From: Mobula hypostoma
Lineage: Eukaryota
DNA: 64,000 nt
NCBI RefSeq assembly: GCF_963921235.1
Contig: NC_086107.1
Coordinates: forward strand, 105,030,001 to 105,094,000
Reading direction: 5' to 3'
The notes beneath the pieces were generated by a model. It saw only the letters and a list, made by a program, of their open reading frames with translations. It made no database searches and was not told where the DNA came from. This document shows, piece after piece, positions 11,851-25,831 of this stretch (position 1 is the stretch's first letter; the number at the start of each line of letters is the position of its first letter). The translations under genes and the position numbers were made by a program.

Positions 11851-12799
11851 CAACTGAGCCCCAAGCACTGTCCGGGGCTGCTCGTCAAACATTTGTTATC
11901 ACTCTGATCATTGCCAGACATCCTTGATTAGTGGTTACACAAAGCAGCTGTCTCATGCAACAAAGCACTCCTTTGTTCCTTGTGTCGGTGTCTCGAGCAA
12001 CCCTATGGTTAGCAGTTAGTAAGGCTTGATTAGTTATCTTGCATGCAACGTTATTCACATAGTGTGACTAGTCAAGCTGCAAACAAGTCAGCCAGGTTTT
12101 AACCCTTTTTATTCTATATATAATTCCTCGTTTGCACTAATTTATTTATTTTTGTTACCATAAGACATAGGAGCAGAATTAGGCCATTCAGCCCATCGAG
12201 TCTGCTCCACCATTCCATCATGGTTGATCCTGGATCCCACTCAACCCCACACTCCTGCCTTCTTCCCGTATCCTTTTTAGAAACATAGAAAACCTACAGC
12301 ACAATACAGGCCCTTCAGCCCACAGTGCTGTACTGAACATGTACTTACTTAGAACTTACCTAAGGTTACCCTCTAGTCCTTTTTACTTACAGTATTTTTA
12401 ATGTATTGTGTAATTACAACTGATTTCATGATGTTTGTTCGTAATGATTCTGATTCTAGATTTGCAGCTTTCTGCAGATTTCCATATTGCTAGGCAGTGT
12501 TAGAAACCAGGAAACATTGAGCCCCAGGCTAGGGTGTACTGCACTGTTAAATTGGTAAAGATAGTGTAGTGTTATAGGTTTGTAGTTGAGAATCAGCTTG
12601 AATAGAATTGGATTAAGCTTAAAGTCAAAGCACATCTATTCTCAAAGTATGCATACATTATACAACCTTGAGATTTCTCTCCTTACAGGCAGCCACTAAA
12701 CAAAGAAAACAAAAAAAAACAGAAAAAAAGACCAACACCCAATGTGCAGAGAGAAAAAAAAAACAAATTGTGCCAACGGTAAAAGTAAGCAAATAGCAT

Positions 12800-15700
12800 T
12801 GTTGCAGATAAATCTCAGGAGCAGCAGACAGAATAGATTAGGCCAACTCAGAGAGTTGTTTCAGACTAAAGGATTTTATTTACAAGGTATCATGGAGAGC
12901 CCAAGCACCTAAAAGCGGGATCTTGGAACTCTGCTTAATAATAGAGTACACTCTTATTTATACCCCAAACGTTCGTGACAAGAAGCACTCAAAGCTGTAA
13001 GGCGGAACCTACAGAATAGCTAAGCGGCACAATATGTCCTTGAGAGGTTATACATTTTCTTAAGTGTTAGTTCTCAGGACAGTCTATCAGGCTTCCCCAA
13101 ACACAGATATGTGATAATTCTTAGAACAAGGAAGCACAGACTTCTTTATTTCTCCCCATCCCGTCTACAGAGCACATTTCAGTCACACAGTGTATATTAG
13201 CCGTAGATAAGTGGTTACAGACTTTGAATTCACATACTAGAGAAAGGTTATTAACCCCTTAACATAGAAACATAGAAACATAGAAAATAGGTGCAGGAGT
13301 AGGCCATTCAGCCCTTCGAGCCTGCACCGCCATTCAGTATGATCATGGCTGATTATCCAACTCAGAACCCTACCAGCCTTCCCTCCATACCCCCTGATCC
13401 CTTTAGCCACAAGGGCCATATCTAACTCCCTCTTAAATATAGCCAATGAACTGGCCTCGACTGTTTCCTGTGGCAGGGAATTCCACAGATTCACCACTCC
13501 CTGTGTGAAGAAGTTTTCCCTAATCTTGGTCCTAAAAGACTTCCCCTTTATCCTCAAACTGTGACCCCTCGTTCTGGACTTCCTCAACATTGGGAACAAT
13601 CTTCCTGCATCTAGCCTGTCCAATCCCTTTAGGATTTTATACATTTCAATAAGATCCCCCCTCAATCTTCTAAATTCCAACGAGTACAAGCCTAGTTCAT
13701 CCAGTCTTTCTTCATATGGAAGTCCTGCCATCCCAGGAATCAATCCGGTGAACCTTCTTTGTAGTCTCTCTATGGCAAGGATGTCTTTCCTCAGATTAGG
13801 GGACCAAAACTTCACACAATACTCCAGGTGTGGTCTCACCAAGGCCTTGTACAAATGCAGTAGTACCTCCCTGCTCCTGTACTCGAATCCTCTCGCTATG
13901 AATGCCAGCATACCATTCGCCTTTTTCACCGCCTGCTGTACCTGCATGCCCACTTTCAATGACTGATGTATAATGACACCCAGGTCTCGTTGCACCTCCC
14001 CTTTTCCTAATTGGCCACCATTCAGATAATAATCTGTTTTCCTGTTTTTGCCACCAAAGTGGATAACCTCACATTTATCCACATTAAATTGCATCTGCCA
14101 TGAATTTGTCCCTTCACCCAACCTATCCAAGTCACCCTGCATCCTCTTAGCATCCTCCTCACAACTAACACTGCCGCCCAGCTTCGTGTCATCTGCAAAC
14201 TTGGAGATGCTGCATTTAATTCCCTCATCTAAGTCATTAATATATATTGTAAACAACTGGGGTCCCAGCACTGAGCCTTTCGGTACCCCACTAGTCACTG
14301 CCTGCCATTCTGAAAAGGTCCCGTTTATTCCCACTCTTTGCTTCCTGTCTGCTAACCAATTCTCCACCCACACCAATACCTTACCCCCAATACCGTGTGC
14401 TTTAAGTTTGCACACTAATCTCCTGTGTGGGACCTTCTCAAAAGCCTTTTGAAAATCCAAATATACCACATCCACTGGTTCTCCCCTATCCACTCTACTA
14501 GTTACATCCTCAAAAAATTCTATGAGATTCGTCAGACATGATTTTCCTTTCACAAATCCATGCTGACTTTGTCCGATGATTTCACCGCTTTCCAAATGTG
14601 CTGTTATCATATCTTTGATAACTGACTCTAGCAGTTTCCCCACCACCGATGTTAGGCTAACCGGTCTATAATTCCCCGGTTTCTCTCTCCCTCCTTTTTT
14701 AAAAAGTAGGGTTATATTAGCCACCCTCCAATCCTCAGGAACTAGTCCAGAATCTAAAGAGTTTTGAAAAATTATCACTAATGCATCCACTATTTCTTGG
14801 GCTACTTCCTTAAGCACTCTGGGATGCAGACCATCTGGCCCTGGGGATTTATCTGCCTTCAATCCCTTCAATTTACCTAACACCACTTCCCTACTAACTT
14901 GTATTTCGCTCAGTTCCTCCATCTCACTGGACCCTCTGTCCCCTACTATTTCTGGAAGATTATTTATGTCCTCCTTAGTGAAGACAGAACCAAAGTAGTT
15001 ATTCAATTGGTCTGCCATGTCCTTGCTCCCCATAATCAATTCACCTGTTTCTGTCTGCAGGGGACCTACATTTGTCTTTACCAGTCTTTTCCTTTTTACA
15101 TATCTATAAAAGCTTTTACAGTCCGTTTTTATGTTCCCTGCCAGTTTTCTCTCATAATCTTTTTTCCCCTTCCTAATTAAGCCCTTTGTCCTCCTCTGCT
15201 GGACTCTGAATTTCTCCCAGTCCTCAGGTGAGCCACTTTTTCTGGCTAATTTGTATGCTTCTTCTTTGGAATTAATACTATCCCTAATTTCTCTTGTCAG
15301 CCACGGGTGCACTATCTTCCCTGATTTATTCTTTTGCCAAACTGGGATGAACAATTGTTGTAGTTCATCCATGCGATCTTTAAATGCTTGCCATTGCATA
15401 TCCACCGTCAACCCTTTAAGTGTCATTTGCCAGTCTATCTTAGCTAATTCACGTCTCATACTTTCAAAGTTACTCTTCTTTAAGTTCAGAACCTTTGTTT
15501 CTGAATTAACTATGTCATTCTCCATCTTAATGAAGAATTTCACCATATTATGGTCACTCTTACCCAAGGGGCCTCTCACAACAAGCTTGCTAATTAACCC
15601 TTCCTCATTGCTCAATACCCAGACTAGAATAGCCTGCTCTCTAGTTGGTTCTTCGACATGTTGGTTCAAAAAACCATCCCGCATACGTTCCAAGAAATCC

Positions 15701-15874
15701 TCTTCCTCAGCACCCTTACCAATTTGGTTCACCCAATCTATATGTAGATTGAAGTCACCCATTATAACTGCTGTTCCTTTATTGCACGCATTTCTAATTT
15801 CCTGTTTAATACCATCCCCAACCTCACTACTACTGTTAACGTTTGTCACAATGTCTTACTATTTTTCTTCCACA
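12800..15874 (-). mobile_element. Solo LTR (~0.5 kb: 12800-~13260 plus ~15840-15874) split by a CR1
   Basis: TG...CA ends; 5-bp TSD AGCAT (12795-12799, 15875-15879); minus-strand TATAAATA (12955-12962) followed by AATAAA (12875-12880). Confidence 0.75.
13261..15840 (-). mobile_element. Young 5'-truncated CR1 LINE with uninterrupted ORF2 (C-terminal part of APE endonuclease + RT)
   Basis: 870-codon open frame with GDFN, SDH, YRPVSL, LDFQKAF, GVPKGSVLGP, KFADD; (ctatgttt)n tail. Confidence 0.96.
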
Positions 15875-18800
15875 AGCATTTAGAATGAAAGTGAGTCCTT
15901 AGACATGAAGCCCGGAGCAGGCCACAGCCTATGCCTCAGTTCAGTGCAGAGCCAAGTAAACATCGCAGATCTGCGAGCAGAACCGACCTGATCCTTGGCT
16001 CTGGTCCTGACACCCTGCTTTTTCAATCCATTTGGCCTGGAGTTCAGATTAAGGCCAAGGTTAGGTTTAAGGCTGGGTTTTGAATTTGAGCTCTGATATA
16101 AGTATAGGATTATGATTAGATTTAGGTTAGGTTTATGGATCGGGTAAGGTCTCCCATGGTCCACTCTCCTCTCCTATTAGATTTCTTCTTCAGCCCTTTA
16201 CATCTTCCACCTATCACCTCCCAGCTTCTCACTTCATTCCCCCACACACCTGGCTTCACCTATCACCTGCCGGCTTGTACTCCTTCCCCTCCTCCCCCGC
16301 CGACCTTCTTATTCTGGCTTCTTCCTTGCCAGTCCTGAAGAAGGGTCCATAGATGCTGCCTGACCTGCTGAGCTCCTCCAGCATTTTGTGTGTGTGTTGC
16401 TCTGGATTTCCAGCATCTGCAGAATCTCTTGTGTTGATGGTTAGGTCCCATGCGAAGAAGGACTGATCATTCCTTGCACTTTCCAACAACGTAGAGGCTC
16501 AGATCATCTCAGAACATAGAACGTTAGAACACAGTACAGACCTCTTGGCCCACAACATCATGCCGAACTATAAGATCAATCTAACCCTTTCCTCCTACAC
16601 AACTCTCCACTTTTCTATCATCTATATGCCGATCTAAGAATTTCTTAAATGCCCCTAATGTATCTGCCTCTATCTCCACCCCTGGCAGGGTGTTCCATGC
16701 ACCTCCACCACTCTCCGTGCAAAGAACTTACCTCTGATATACCCCCTACACTTTCCTCCAATCATCTTAAAATTAAGCCCTCTGGGAAAAAGCCCACTCT
16801 ATATATACCTCTTTAATCATGTGCACCGCTATCAAGTCTAGAGCGTCTGCTTTCAATAAAGGCTGAGCTATTTGTGGCAGACCCTGTGAGCAGTTCCTCA
16901 TGGTTGTAGCCACATAAAAGAAACGTCAGACATCATAAGTGTGGGGGTTGGAGCAGGAGGGGAAGAGACACAAGCTGAGAAAACTGGATGAGCCAGTAAA
17001 CCAGTTCAATTGAAAAATTTGACAAGAACATAATCATCCACGTCATACGACATGGCACACAATGAACAAACATTATATATTCCTAAAACATTGAGTGTCT
17101 GCCTTCAGGCTCCTGGACCTCTTTCCTGATGGTAGCAATGAGAAGAGGGCATGTCCTGGGTGACAGAAGTCCTTAATGATGGGTGCCAGCTGTTTGAGTC
17201 TTTGCCTTTTGAAGATGTCCGCGATGCTGGGGAGGCTGGTGCCCATGATGGAACTGGCTGAGTTTGCAACCCTCTGCAGCCTTCTCTGATCCTGCGCAGT
17301 GGCCCCTCCAAACTAGGTGGGGAGGCAACCAGTTAGCAAATTCTCCACGGTACACCTGCAGAAATTCGCCAGAGTCGGTCACCTACCAATGAATGAGATG
17401 AAGCCAGAACATGAAATGAAGAATCCTTGAAAGTGAGTCCATAGGTTGTGGGAACAGTTCAGTAATAGGGCAAGTGAAATTGAGTGAAGTTAGCCCCACT
17501 GGTTCATGAGCTCAATGGTTGATGGGTAATAACTGTTTCTGAACATGGTGGTGTAGGTCCTGAGGATCCTGTACCTTCTTCCTGATGGCAGCAGTGAGAA
17601 GAGAGCATGGTCTGTGCGGTGCGGGTCCTTAATGATGCACGCTACTTTCCTGCGACAGTGCTCCCTGTAGATTGCTCAGCGGTGGGGAAAGGCTTTATCC
17701 ATGATGGACTGGGTCTCCTGTTTGTAGTCCCATCTGCCCATGTTTGGCCCATTGCCCGCTAACCTTACCTATCTACGTACATATCTAGGTGGCTTTTAAT
17801 AGTTGCAGTGCGGCCGGCTCGACCACTTTTCTCAGCAGCTCATTCCAAATACGAGCCACACATTGCATGAAGAAGCACTTTTATTTTTATCCAAGCGAGA
17901 GCGGGAACTTTTAGATCTGCTGTCCCACGGTTCCAGAGACCCTGGTTTAATCCTGATCTCTGGTCCTGTCTGCGTAGAGTTTGTATGTTCTCCTCGGGAG
18001 CTCTGGTTTCCTCCCAAATTCCAATGTCATGCAGGCTGGTAGATGAATTGACCGCTGTAAGTTAGCCCTAGCGGGCAGATAAGTGGTAGAGTGTGCGAGG
18101 ACTTGATGGGAACGTGAGGAGCATTGGTTGTAGGTGAAATTAATGAGGAGATGGGATTGCTCTGTGAGCCAACATAAATGTATTGGACCTATACGGTACG
18201 AAAGGACAGAAACAGACATGTCGGAGGGGGAATCCTTGGCCACAATGCAGAAAGAGGAATCAATGTAGCCGCTGAACCCAAATGAAGAACAAAAGCAACT
18301 CACTCCTGCCGAGGCTCAGTGTTGCAGTGAGATCTCATGCTTTCCTGGACTATCAAAACAGGAAATCCAAAGATCAGATATGCTCAAGCAATTCCCAATT
18401 TAGAAATAGTCTTTTCCTTAGAAAGAACAACAATCAAAACTAAAATGATCTGAATTCACTGACAGACCTATGAATAAGACCATGCAATTTACTTGGCTTC
18501 TTGCGGTTGGGTCAGAGAGACATGTAGGAAAGAGACAAGCCCCTTACCCCATCGTGCCTCAAGCCAAACACTGTGTAGAGTGTACCATGCATTTTGCCAA
18601 TCCAGCAATGGAAACTGATCCTTAAGGAAGTCATTGTAACATGTACCTCGACCAGGGTCACGTGAAGTCATGGGAGCAGGTGGTGGATGGTTGTATGAGC
18701 AGCTGGTACCCATCACAAGTCCTGGTATGCGACCACCGACGCCAGGCAGACAAACACCGTGTGGAGTGTACCATCAATAATCAATAATCTGTGAAGAGTA

Positions 18801-19002
18801 TTGATAATGGCTGGGGTCACCCATCTTGTAAAGGCACTGCCCAGAAGAGGGCAATGGTAAACCACTTCTGTAGAAAAATTTTCCGAGGACATGGAAAGAC
18901 CATTATCACCCACATCATATGAATGACATGGCAAGTAATGATGATGGTGACTGAGATACAGTGAAAAGCTTGTCTTGGAAACTGTTTAATTAGTTACTGC
19001 TT

Positions 19003-19812
19003 AGTCATAGTCATAGTCATAGTCATACTTTATTGATCCTGGGGGAAATTGGTTTTCATTACAGTTGCACCATAAATAATGCATAGTAATAGAACAATAA
19101 ATAGTTAAATAGTAATATGTAAATTATGCCAGTAAATTATGAAATAAGTTCAGGACCAGCCTATTGGCTCAGGGTGTCTGACCCTCCAAGGGAGGAGTTG
19201 TAAAGTTTGATGGCCACAGGCAGGAATGACTTCCTATGATGCTCTGTGCTGCATCTCGGTGGAATGAGTCTCTGGCTGAATGTACTCCTGTGCCCAACCA
19301 GTACATTATGTAGTGGATGGGAGACATTGACCAAGATGGCATGCAACTTGGACAGCATCCTCTTTTCAGACACCACCGTCAGAGAGTCCAGTTCCATCCC
19401 CACAACATCACTGGCCTTACGAATGAGTTTGTTGATTCTGTTGGTGTCTGCTACCCTCAGCCTGCTGCCCCAGCACACAACAGCAAACATGATAGCACTG
19501 GCCACCACAGACTCGTAGAACATCCTCAGCATCGTCCGGCAGATGTTAAAGGACCTCAGTCTCCTCAGGAAATAGAGACGGCTCTGACCCTTCTTGTAGA
19601 CAGCCTCAGTGTCCTTTGACCAGTCCAGTTTATTGTCAATTCCTATCCCCAGGTATTTGTAATCCTCCACCATGTCCACACTGACCCCCTGGATGGAAAC
19701 AGGGGTCACCGGTACCTTAGCTCTCCTCACGTCTACCACCAGCTCCTTAGTCTTTTTCACATTAAGCTGCAGTTAATTCTGCTCACACCATGTGACAAAG
19801 TTTCCTACCGTA
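19003..19812 (-). mobile_element. Rex1-like LINE 3' fragment
   Basis: 199-aa ORF KKTKELVVD...YKYLG...QSRLYFLRRLRSF; (TAGTCA)n tail. Confidence 0.9.
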
Positions 19813-20450
19813 TTGCACTGGCGGTACTTAGGGAAGCAATGAAGGTCCTCCATCTCTGTCTGTCCTTGGCCATCTTCTCTATTGAACCACAGGTGTGGTT
19901 CAGAGTCCTCATTTCAGCCTCTAAGGTACGGTGCCAAGATGTCTTTGGTTTCCCATGTTCCTTCCCCCCTTCAGGGGTCTAATGAAGTGTTGTCTTCATG
20001 ATTGAGTTGGCCTCTCTTCTCATTGTGTGCCCAATCCATCTCCAGCGTTTCCTCATGATGACTGTGGCCATGTCCTCTTGGTGACACTGAAGGAGGAGGG
20101 CACGGTTGGAGATCCTTCTTGGCCAGGAAATGCAGGCAGAGGATCTTCCTGAGGCTCATGGTGTGGAATGACGACAGCTGGGCAAGGTCGTTCTCTGTCA
20201 TGCGCCAGCATTTTGACCTGTACAAGAGTGTGGACAGAACACAGCTCGGGTACAGCTTCACCTTGGTGTGGACCTGCACTTGATCCCCATGGGTTGCTCA
20301 TTGATCTGAAGATGTTTCCAGCCTTGCTGAGTCTGCACTGGATTTCATCCTTGGTCCCACCACCCTGCCGAAAGATGCTGCCCAGGTAGGTGAATCGGCA
20401 GGTGCTGGGTAAGTCGATGCTATTTGCCTTGACAGGAGGAGGATTGCTTA
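19813..20450 (-). mobile_element. RTE-clade LINE 3' fragment, frameshifted
   Basis: TKVKLY.SCVLSTLLY...W...LSSFHTMSLRKIL, typical of the RTE/BovB-like C-terminus. Confidence 0.8.
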
Positions 20451-20861
20451 CTGTTTATACAAAATCAAATCATTACAGGTGCATTGAGGTAGAACAAAGT
20501 AAAACAATAACAATACAGATTAAAGTGTAACAGCTACAGAGGAAGTGCAGTGCAGGTACACAATAAGGTTCAAGACCATGACAAGGTAGATCATGAGATC
20601 AAGAGTCCATCTTATCTACTAGGGGACCATTTAGTTGTCGTAGAAACTGTCCTTGAACCTGGTGGTAGATCACTACCAAATAAAAAGTTTGAGATATGAA
20701 ATAAAATTTAGCTCACAAAATTTATGTGGAAGATCAGTCAACAAACATAAAATGTATGCAGAGATCTGAACAACCATTCAACCATCACATGCTGCCAGTT
20801 CACAGCAGAGGCCACTGAGGGAATTTGCTTTGGTAACTGATGGCAGTCTGCTGATAGTTAT

Positions 20862-23678
20862 ACAGCTATACAGATTGCCAGGTATGATGTTGTGGCCATC
20901 ACTGAATTGTGGCTGAAAGATGGTTGTAGTTGGGAGCTGAATCTCCAAGGTCACACATTGTACCAGAGGGATAGGAAGGTAGGCAGAGGGGGGAGGCGTG
21001 GCTTTACTGGTAAAGAATGGCATCGAATCAGTAGAAAGATGTGACATTGGATCAGAAGACGTTGAATCCTTGTGGGTTGAGTTAAGAAACTGCAAGGGTA
21101 AAAGGACCCTGAAGGCAGTTATATACAGGCCTCCCAACAGTGGCTGGGATGTGGACCACAGATTACAACAGGAAATAGAAAAGGCGTGTCAAAAGGGCAA
21201 TGTTATGATAGTCATATGGGAGATTTTAACATGCAGATCAATTGGGAAAATCAAGTTGATAATTGATCTCAAGAGAGTGAGTTATTGAATGCCTAAGAGA
21301 TAGATTTTTAGAGCAGTTTGTCATTGAGCCTACTAGGGGATCAGCTATACTGTACTGGGTGTAATGTAATAAACTGGAGGCAATTAGGGAGCTTAAGGTA
21401 AAAGAACCCTTTGGAACCAGTGATCACAATATGATGAGTTTAACTTGAAATTTGATAGGGAGAAGGTAAAGTCTGACGTAGCAGTATTTCAGTGGAGTAA
21501 GGGAAATCACAGTGGTATGAGAGAGGCGTTGGCCAAAGTAAATTGGAAGGAGATGCTGGTAGGGATGTCAGCAGAGCAGCAATGGTGTGAATTTCTGGGA
21601 AAAATGAGGAAGGTGCAGGACATGTGTGTTCCAAAAGTGAAGAAATACTCAAATGGTAAAATAGTACAACTATGGCTGACAGGGGAAGTCAAAGCTAATG
21701 TAAAAGCAAAAGAGAGGGCATACAACAAAGCAAAAATTAGTGGGAAGATAGAGAAGTTTTTAAAAACCGACAGAGAGCAACTAAAAGAATCATTAGAAGG
21801 GAAAAGATGAAATATGAAAGCAAGCTGGTAAATAATATCAAAGTGGATAGTAAAAGCTTTTTCAACTATGTAAAAAATAAAAGAGAAATGAGAGTGGATA
21901 CAGGACCGCTAGAAAATAAGGCGGGAGAAATAATAACGGGGGACATGGAGATGGCAGATTAACTAAATGAATATTTTGCTTCGGCCTTCACTGTGAAAGA
22001 CACTAGCAGTGTGCCAGATGTTGTAGTGTGTGAAGGAAGAGAAGTGGGTGTAGTTACTATTAGAAGGGAGAAGGTGCTCAAAAAGCTGAAAGATCTAAGG
22101 GTACATAAGTCGCCCGGATCAGATGAACTGCACCCTAGGGTTCTGAAACAGGTAGCATTAGCCATTGTGGCAGCATTAGAAATGATATTTCAAAAATCAT
22201 TGAACTCTGGCATGGTGCCAGAGGACTGGAAAATTGCAAATGTCACTCCACTCTTTAAGAAAGGAGGAAGGTAGCAGAAAAGAAATTATAGACCAGTTAG
22301 CCTGACCTCAGTAGTTAGAGTCAATTGCTAAGGATGAGGTGATGGAGTACTTGGTGACACAGGACAAGATAGGACAAAGTCAGCATGGTTTCCTTAAGGG
22401 AAAATCCTGTCTGATGAACCTGTTGAAATTATTTGAGGAGATTACAAGCAGGATAGATAAAGGGGATGCAGTGGGTGTCGAATATTTGGACTTTCAGAAG
22501 GCCTTTGACAAGGTGCCACACTTGAGACTGCTTACCAAGTTGAGAGCCTGTGGTATTACAGGAAAGTTTCTAGCATGGTTAGAGCATTGGCTGATTGGAA
22601 GAAGGCAGCAAGTGAGAATCAAAGGATCTTTGTCTGGTTGGTTGGTTGCCAGTGACTAGTGGTGTTCCATAGGGGTCGATTTTGGGACCACTTTTTTTAT
22701 GCTGTATGTAAATAATTTAGATGATGAATTATATGGCTTTGTAGCCAAGTTTGCAGATTATACGAAGATTGGTGGAGGGGCAGATACTGTTGAGGAAACG
22801 GGTAGGATGCAGAAGGACTTAAACAGATTAGGAGAATGGACAAGAAAGTGGCAAATGAAATATAATGTTGGAAAATGCATGGTCAGGCACTTTGGGAGTA
22901 TTAATAAATTAGCAGACTATTTTCTAAACTGGGAGAAAACCCAAAAATCTGAGATGCAAAGGGACTTGGGAATCCTTGTGCAGAACACCCTGAAGGTTAA
23001 CTTGCAGGTTGAGTTGGTGGTGAGGAAGGCAAATGCAGTGTTAGCGTTCATTTCAAGAGGTCTTGAATACAGGAGCAGGGATGTGACACTGAGGTTGTAT
23101 AAGACACTGGTGAGGCCTCACCTTGACTATTGTGAACAGTTTTGGGCTCCTCATCTTAGAAGAGATGTGCTGGCATTGGAGAGGGTCCAGGGGAGGTTCA
23201 CAAGGATGATTCCAGGAATGAAAGGGTTATCATATGAGGAACGTTTGATGGCTCTGGGTCTGTACTCACTGGAATTTAGAAGGATGAAGGGGGGATCTCA
23301 TTGAAACCTTTCAAATGTTGAAAGGCTTATAAAGAGGAGATGTAGAAAGGATGTTTCCCATGGTGGGAGAGTCTAGGACAAGAGGGCACAGCCTCAGGAT
23401 AGAGGGGCGTCCATTCAAACAGAGATGCAGGGAAATTTTTTTAGCCAGAGGGTGGTGAATTTGTGAAATTTGTTGCCACGTGCAACTGTGGAGGGCAGGT
23501 CGTTGGGTGTATTTAAGGCAGAGATTGATAGGTTCTTGATTGGACATGGCATCAAAGGTTACGGGGAGAAGGCTGGGAAATAGGGTTGAGGAGGAGAAAA
23601 AAAAAGGATCAGCCATGATTGAATAGCGGAGCAGACTCGATGGGCCAAATGCCCTAATTCTGCTCCTAAGTCTTATGG
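20862..23678 (+). mobile_element. CR1 LINE ORF2, decayed
   Basis: Fragmented EN and RT ORFs (YRPPN, SQHGF, LDFQKAFDKV, KFADY) and 3' UTR. Confidence 0.93.
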
Positions 23679-24169
23679 TCTTATACCGTACCTCATGCAA
23701 CAATGTAAACGTCTCAATAATTAATAGCCCCTTATCTTCTCCCTCCAATACAAACATAATTCCCTTTCCTATAGACGCACGAGCTGGGGGCATTACTGTT
23801 AAAAAAAAACTTTCCTCCGGGACACATCTCCACATTTCGGATGGGATTCCTTTGCCAAGGGTTCTCGTTACAGAAAGTTGAGAACGCGGCCTGTTTGGTA
23901 GGGCCGCAAACCCTCTGTACCCCGGGGGTTCACTACCCACTTATCCCACCCAGTTCCATTACTCAGGGATCAAATTCTCCGAGTCCGGCCCGAAACGTCG
24001 ACTGTTCACTCTTTTGCATAGACGCTGCCCGGCCTGCTGAGTTCCTCCGGCATTTTGTGTGCATTACTTTAATTTTCAGCTTCTGCAGATCTTTCTTGCC
24101 CTCTTGTTAATTCTCCGGGCTCAGTGCAGCCCTTGCTAAGACCCCCAAGTTACATTCGGTCCAGCAGCC

Positions 24170-24398
24170 CGAAGGGGAACTGACCCGCCTCCTGTTAGCG
24201 GAAGGACCGAGGCAACAGCTATTTATAGATACTGTGGCGGTTTCTCTGAAATCACTGGGAATTCCGAGATGCAGGTCACGCACTGTGATCTATGTCCTGT
24301 CCTGCTCACAGTGCTGCGCTCAGTCCCCTTTGGGCAACGTCCTCCTGGCAGGCTGAAGAGCCGAGAGTGATCGGAGATCGGCAGGGAATCGCCGCAAA
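24170..24398 (+). promoter_or_regulatory. Putative promoter/5'UTR of the Ig receptor gene
   Basis: CTATTTATAG (MEF2 consensus, TATA-like) 24219-24228; GGGAATTCC (NF-kB-like) 24257-24265; CGGAAG ETS core near 24199; unique CpG-containing sequence just upstream of the ATG. Confidence 0.5.
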
Positions 24399-24426
24399 AT
24401 GTTGCTCCTGGCTGTTTTATTAATTG
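24399..24426 (+). CDS. LRC-like Ig receptor, exon 1 (signal peptide part 1, MLLLAVLLI)
   Basis: gcaaaATG (A at -3), nine mostly hydrophobic codons, phase-1 consensus donor G|GTGAGT at 24427; CpG-rich upstream region. Confidence 0.85.
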
Positions 24427-25831
24427 GTGAGTATGTACACCTCCATCGATAACCTCGTCAAAGGCAAGTTCTCCCAGTGGCGAAGGGCACTCCTGTTAAA
24501 CCACTCTGAACGGATGACAATTCCCGAGACGCCAATAGTAAAAGTCGGGACAGGGAGTCGTCGCTTACTCTCTCTCGGCTCTACTGATGCCTGAGAGGTA
24601 TTTTATGGTCAAAGCACCCACGGGCCTCTCTCCGCAGTGTCACAGTTCTATAAGTGCCCTGGGACTGTTTAAAATGTATATGGTTTTCGCTGTCACTGAC
24701 ATTAGGTTAGTGTGGCTGATGTGTCCTATGCCCGTAATTCACTGATGGTGGAAATGAGTGTTACTCGTTTTGAGGAAGCGCTAGTGGGGGGGGGGGCAGT
24801 CATTAATCCCCATACGTCTGAGCGCAACAACACCAGCGTAGGGAACGAACGGGAACCCTTTTTACAGAAGCCCAGAAAGCGATTTTGTCCGCAAGTCGGA
24901 AAGCGCGCAAAATCACTCGATATAGTAACCACACCTCGACGGTGTTGCAACGAATGGCGCATGGGATTGATAAGAAAGCGCAATTAAGGACGTGCACTAA
25001 ACGCTGAGAGAGGAATTTAGCAGTAAACACGGGAAAATTTGCAGACGCTGGAAATCCAAAGCAACACACACAAAATGCTGGAGGAACTCAGCGGGTCGGG
25101 CAGCGCCTATGGAAAAGGGTAAACTTTGGGCGTCTCGATGAGGGATCCCGGCCCGAAACTTTTCCATAGATGCTGCCTGGCTTGATGCGTTTCTCCAGCA
25201 GTTTGTGGAAGTTAGTGGTGTTGTTCCCAGGGACGAGCGTGGATACATATACCGGGATGTCTGAATTTAATAACGTTCTAGTTCTTATGTCAGGGTGTCT
25301 GTAAATCGAGTGTTTGTAACCCGGGGATGGCCAGTACTTATAACGATGCAGAGAAGGGGACCCGTCGGGTTTATGAAGGCTTTCCACAGTTTACCCACGA
25401 GCCTCAACCACTCGCTGATTTTCCTGTAAGTTAATCTCTCTCGCACGTCTATCAGATCACTCTAAATCGTTCCACACACAAATGCACTAGGTGCAGGCAA
25501 ACCAGCACGGTTCAGGGGTGGGAAGAAACTGGAGCTCTCCGAGGGAAGACCAAACAGGTCACGGGGAGAACGTGTCAACTTCACACGCGCAGCACCCTAG
25601 GGTCCGGATGGAACCCGGGAGGCAGCGGTTCTGCTGTGTGCCTGTTATTGCCCATCTGGATGGGTTCACCCAGCCCCAGTTCCATCCTCATGAAGTGGTA
25701 GCAGGAAATGGATACTCTTCCCACTCCACCCTGATGTCGCTCAGGGATATTTTATTGTTCCACCCACCCCCATTCTCATCCACATGTTTCTCATTGGGAG
25801 TGCAACTTGAAAATACCTGCTCCAATACCTC

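Noticed and set aside
13237..15849. 870-aa ORF as a host gene
   Set aside because: It is CR1 ORF2, 5'-truncated mid-endonuclease; its start codon comes from flanking sequence.
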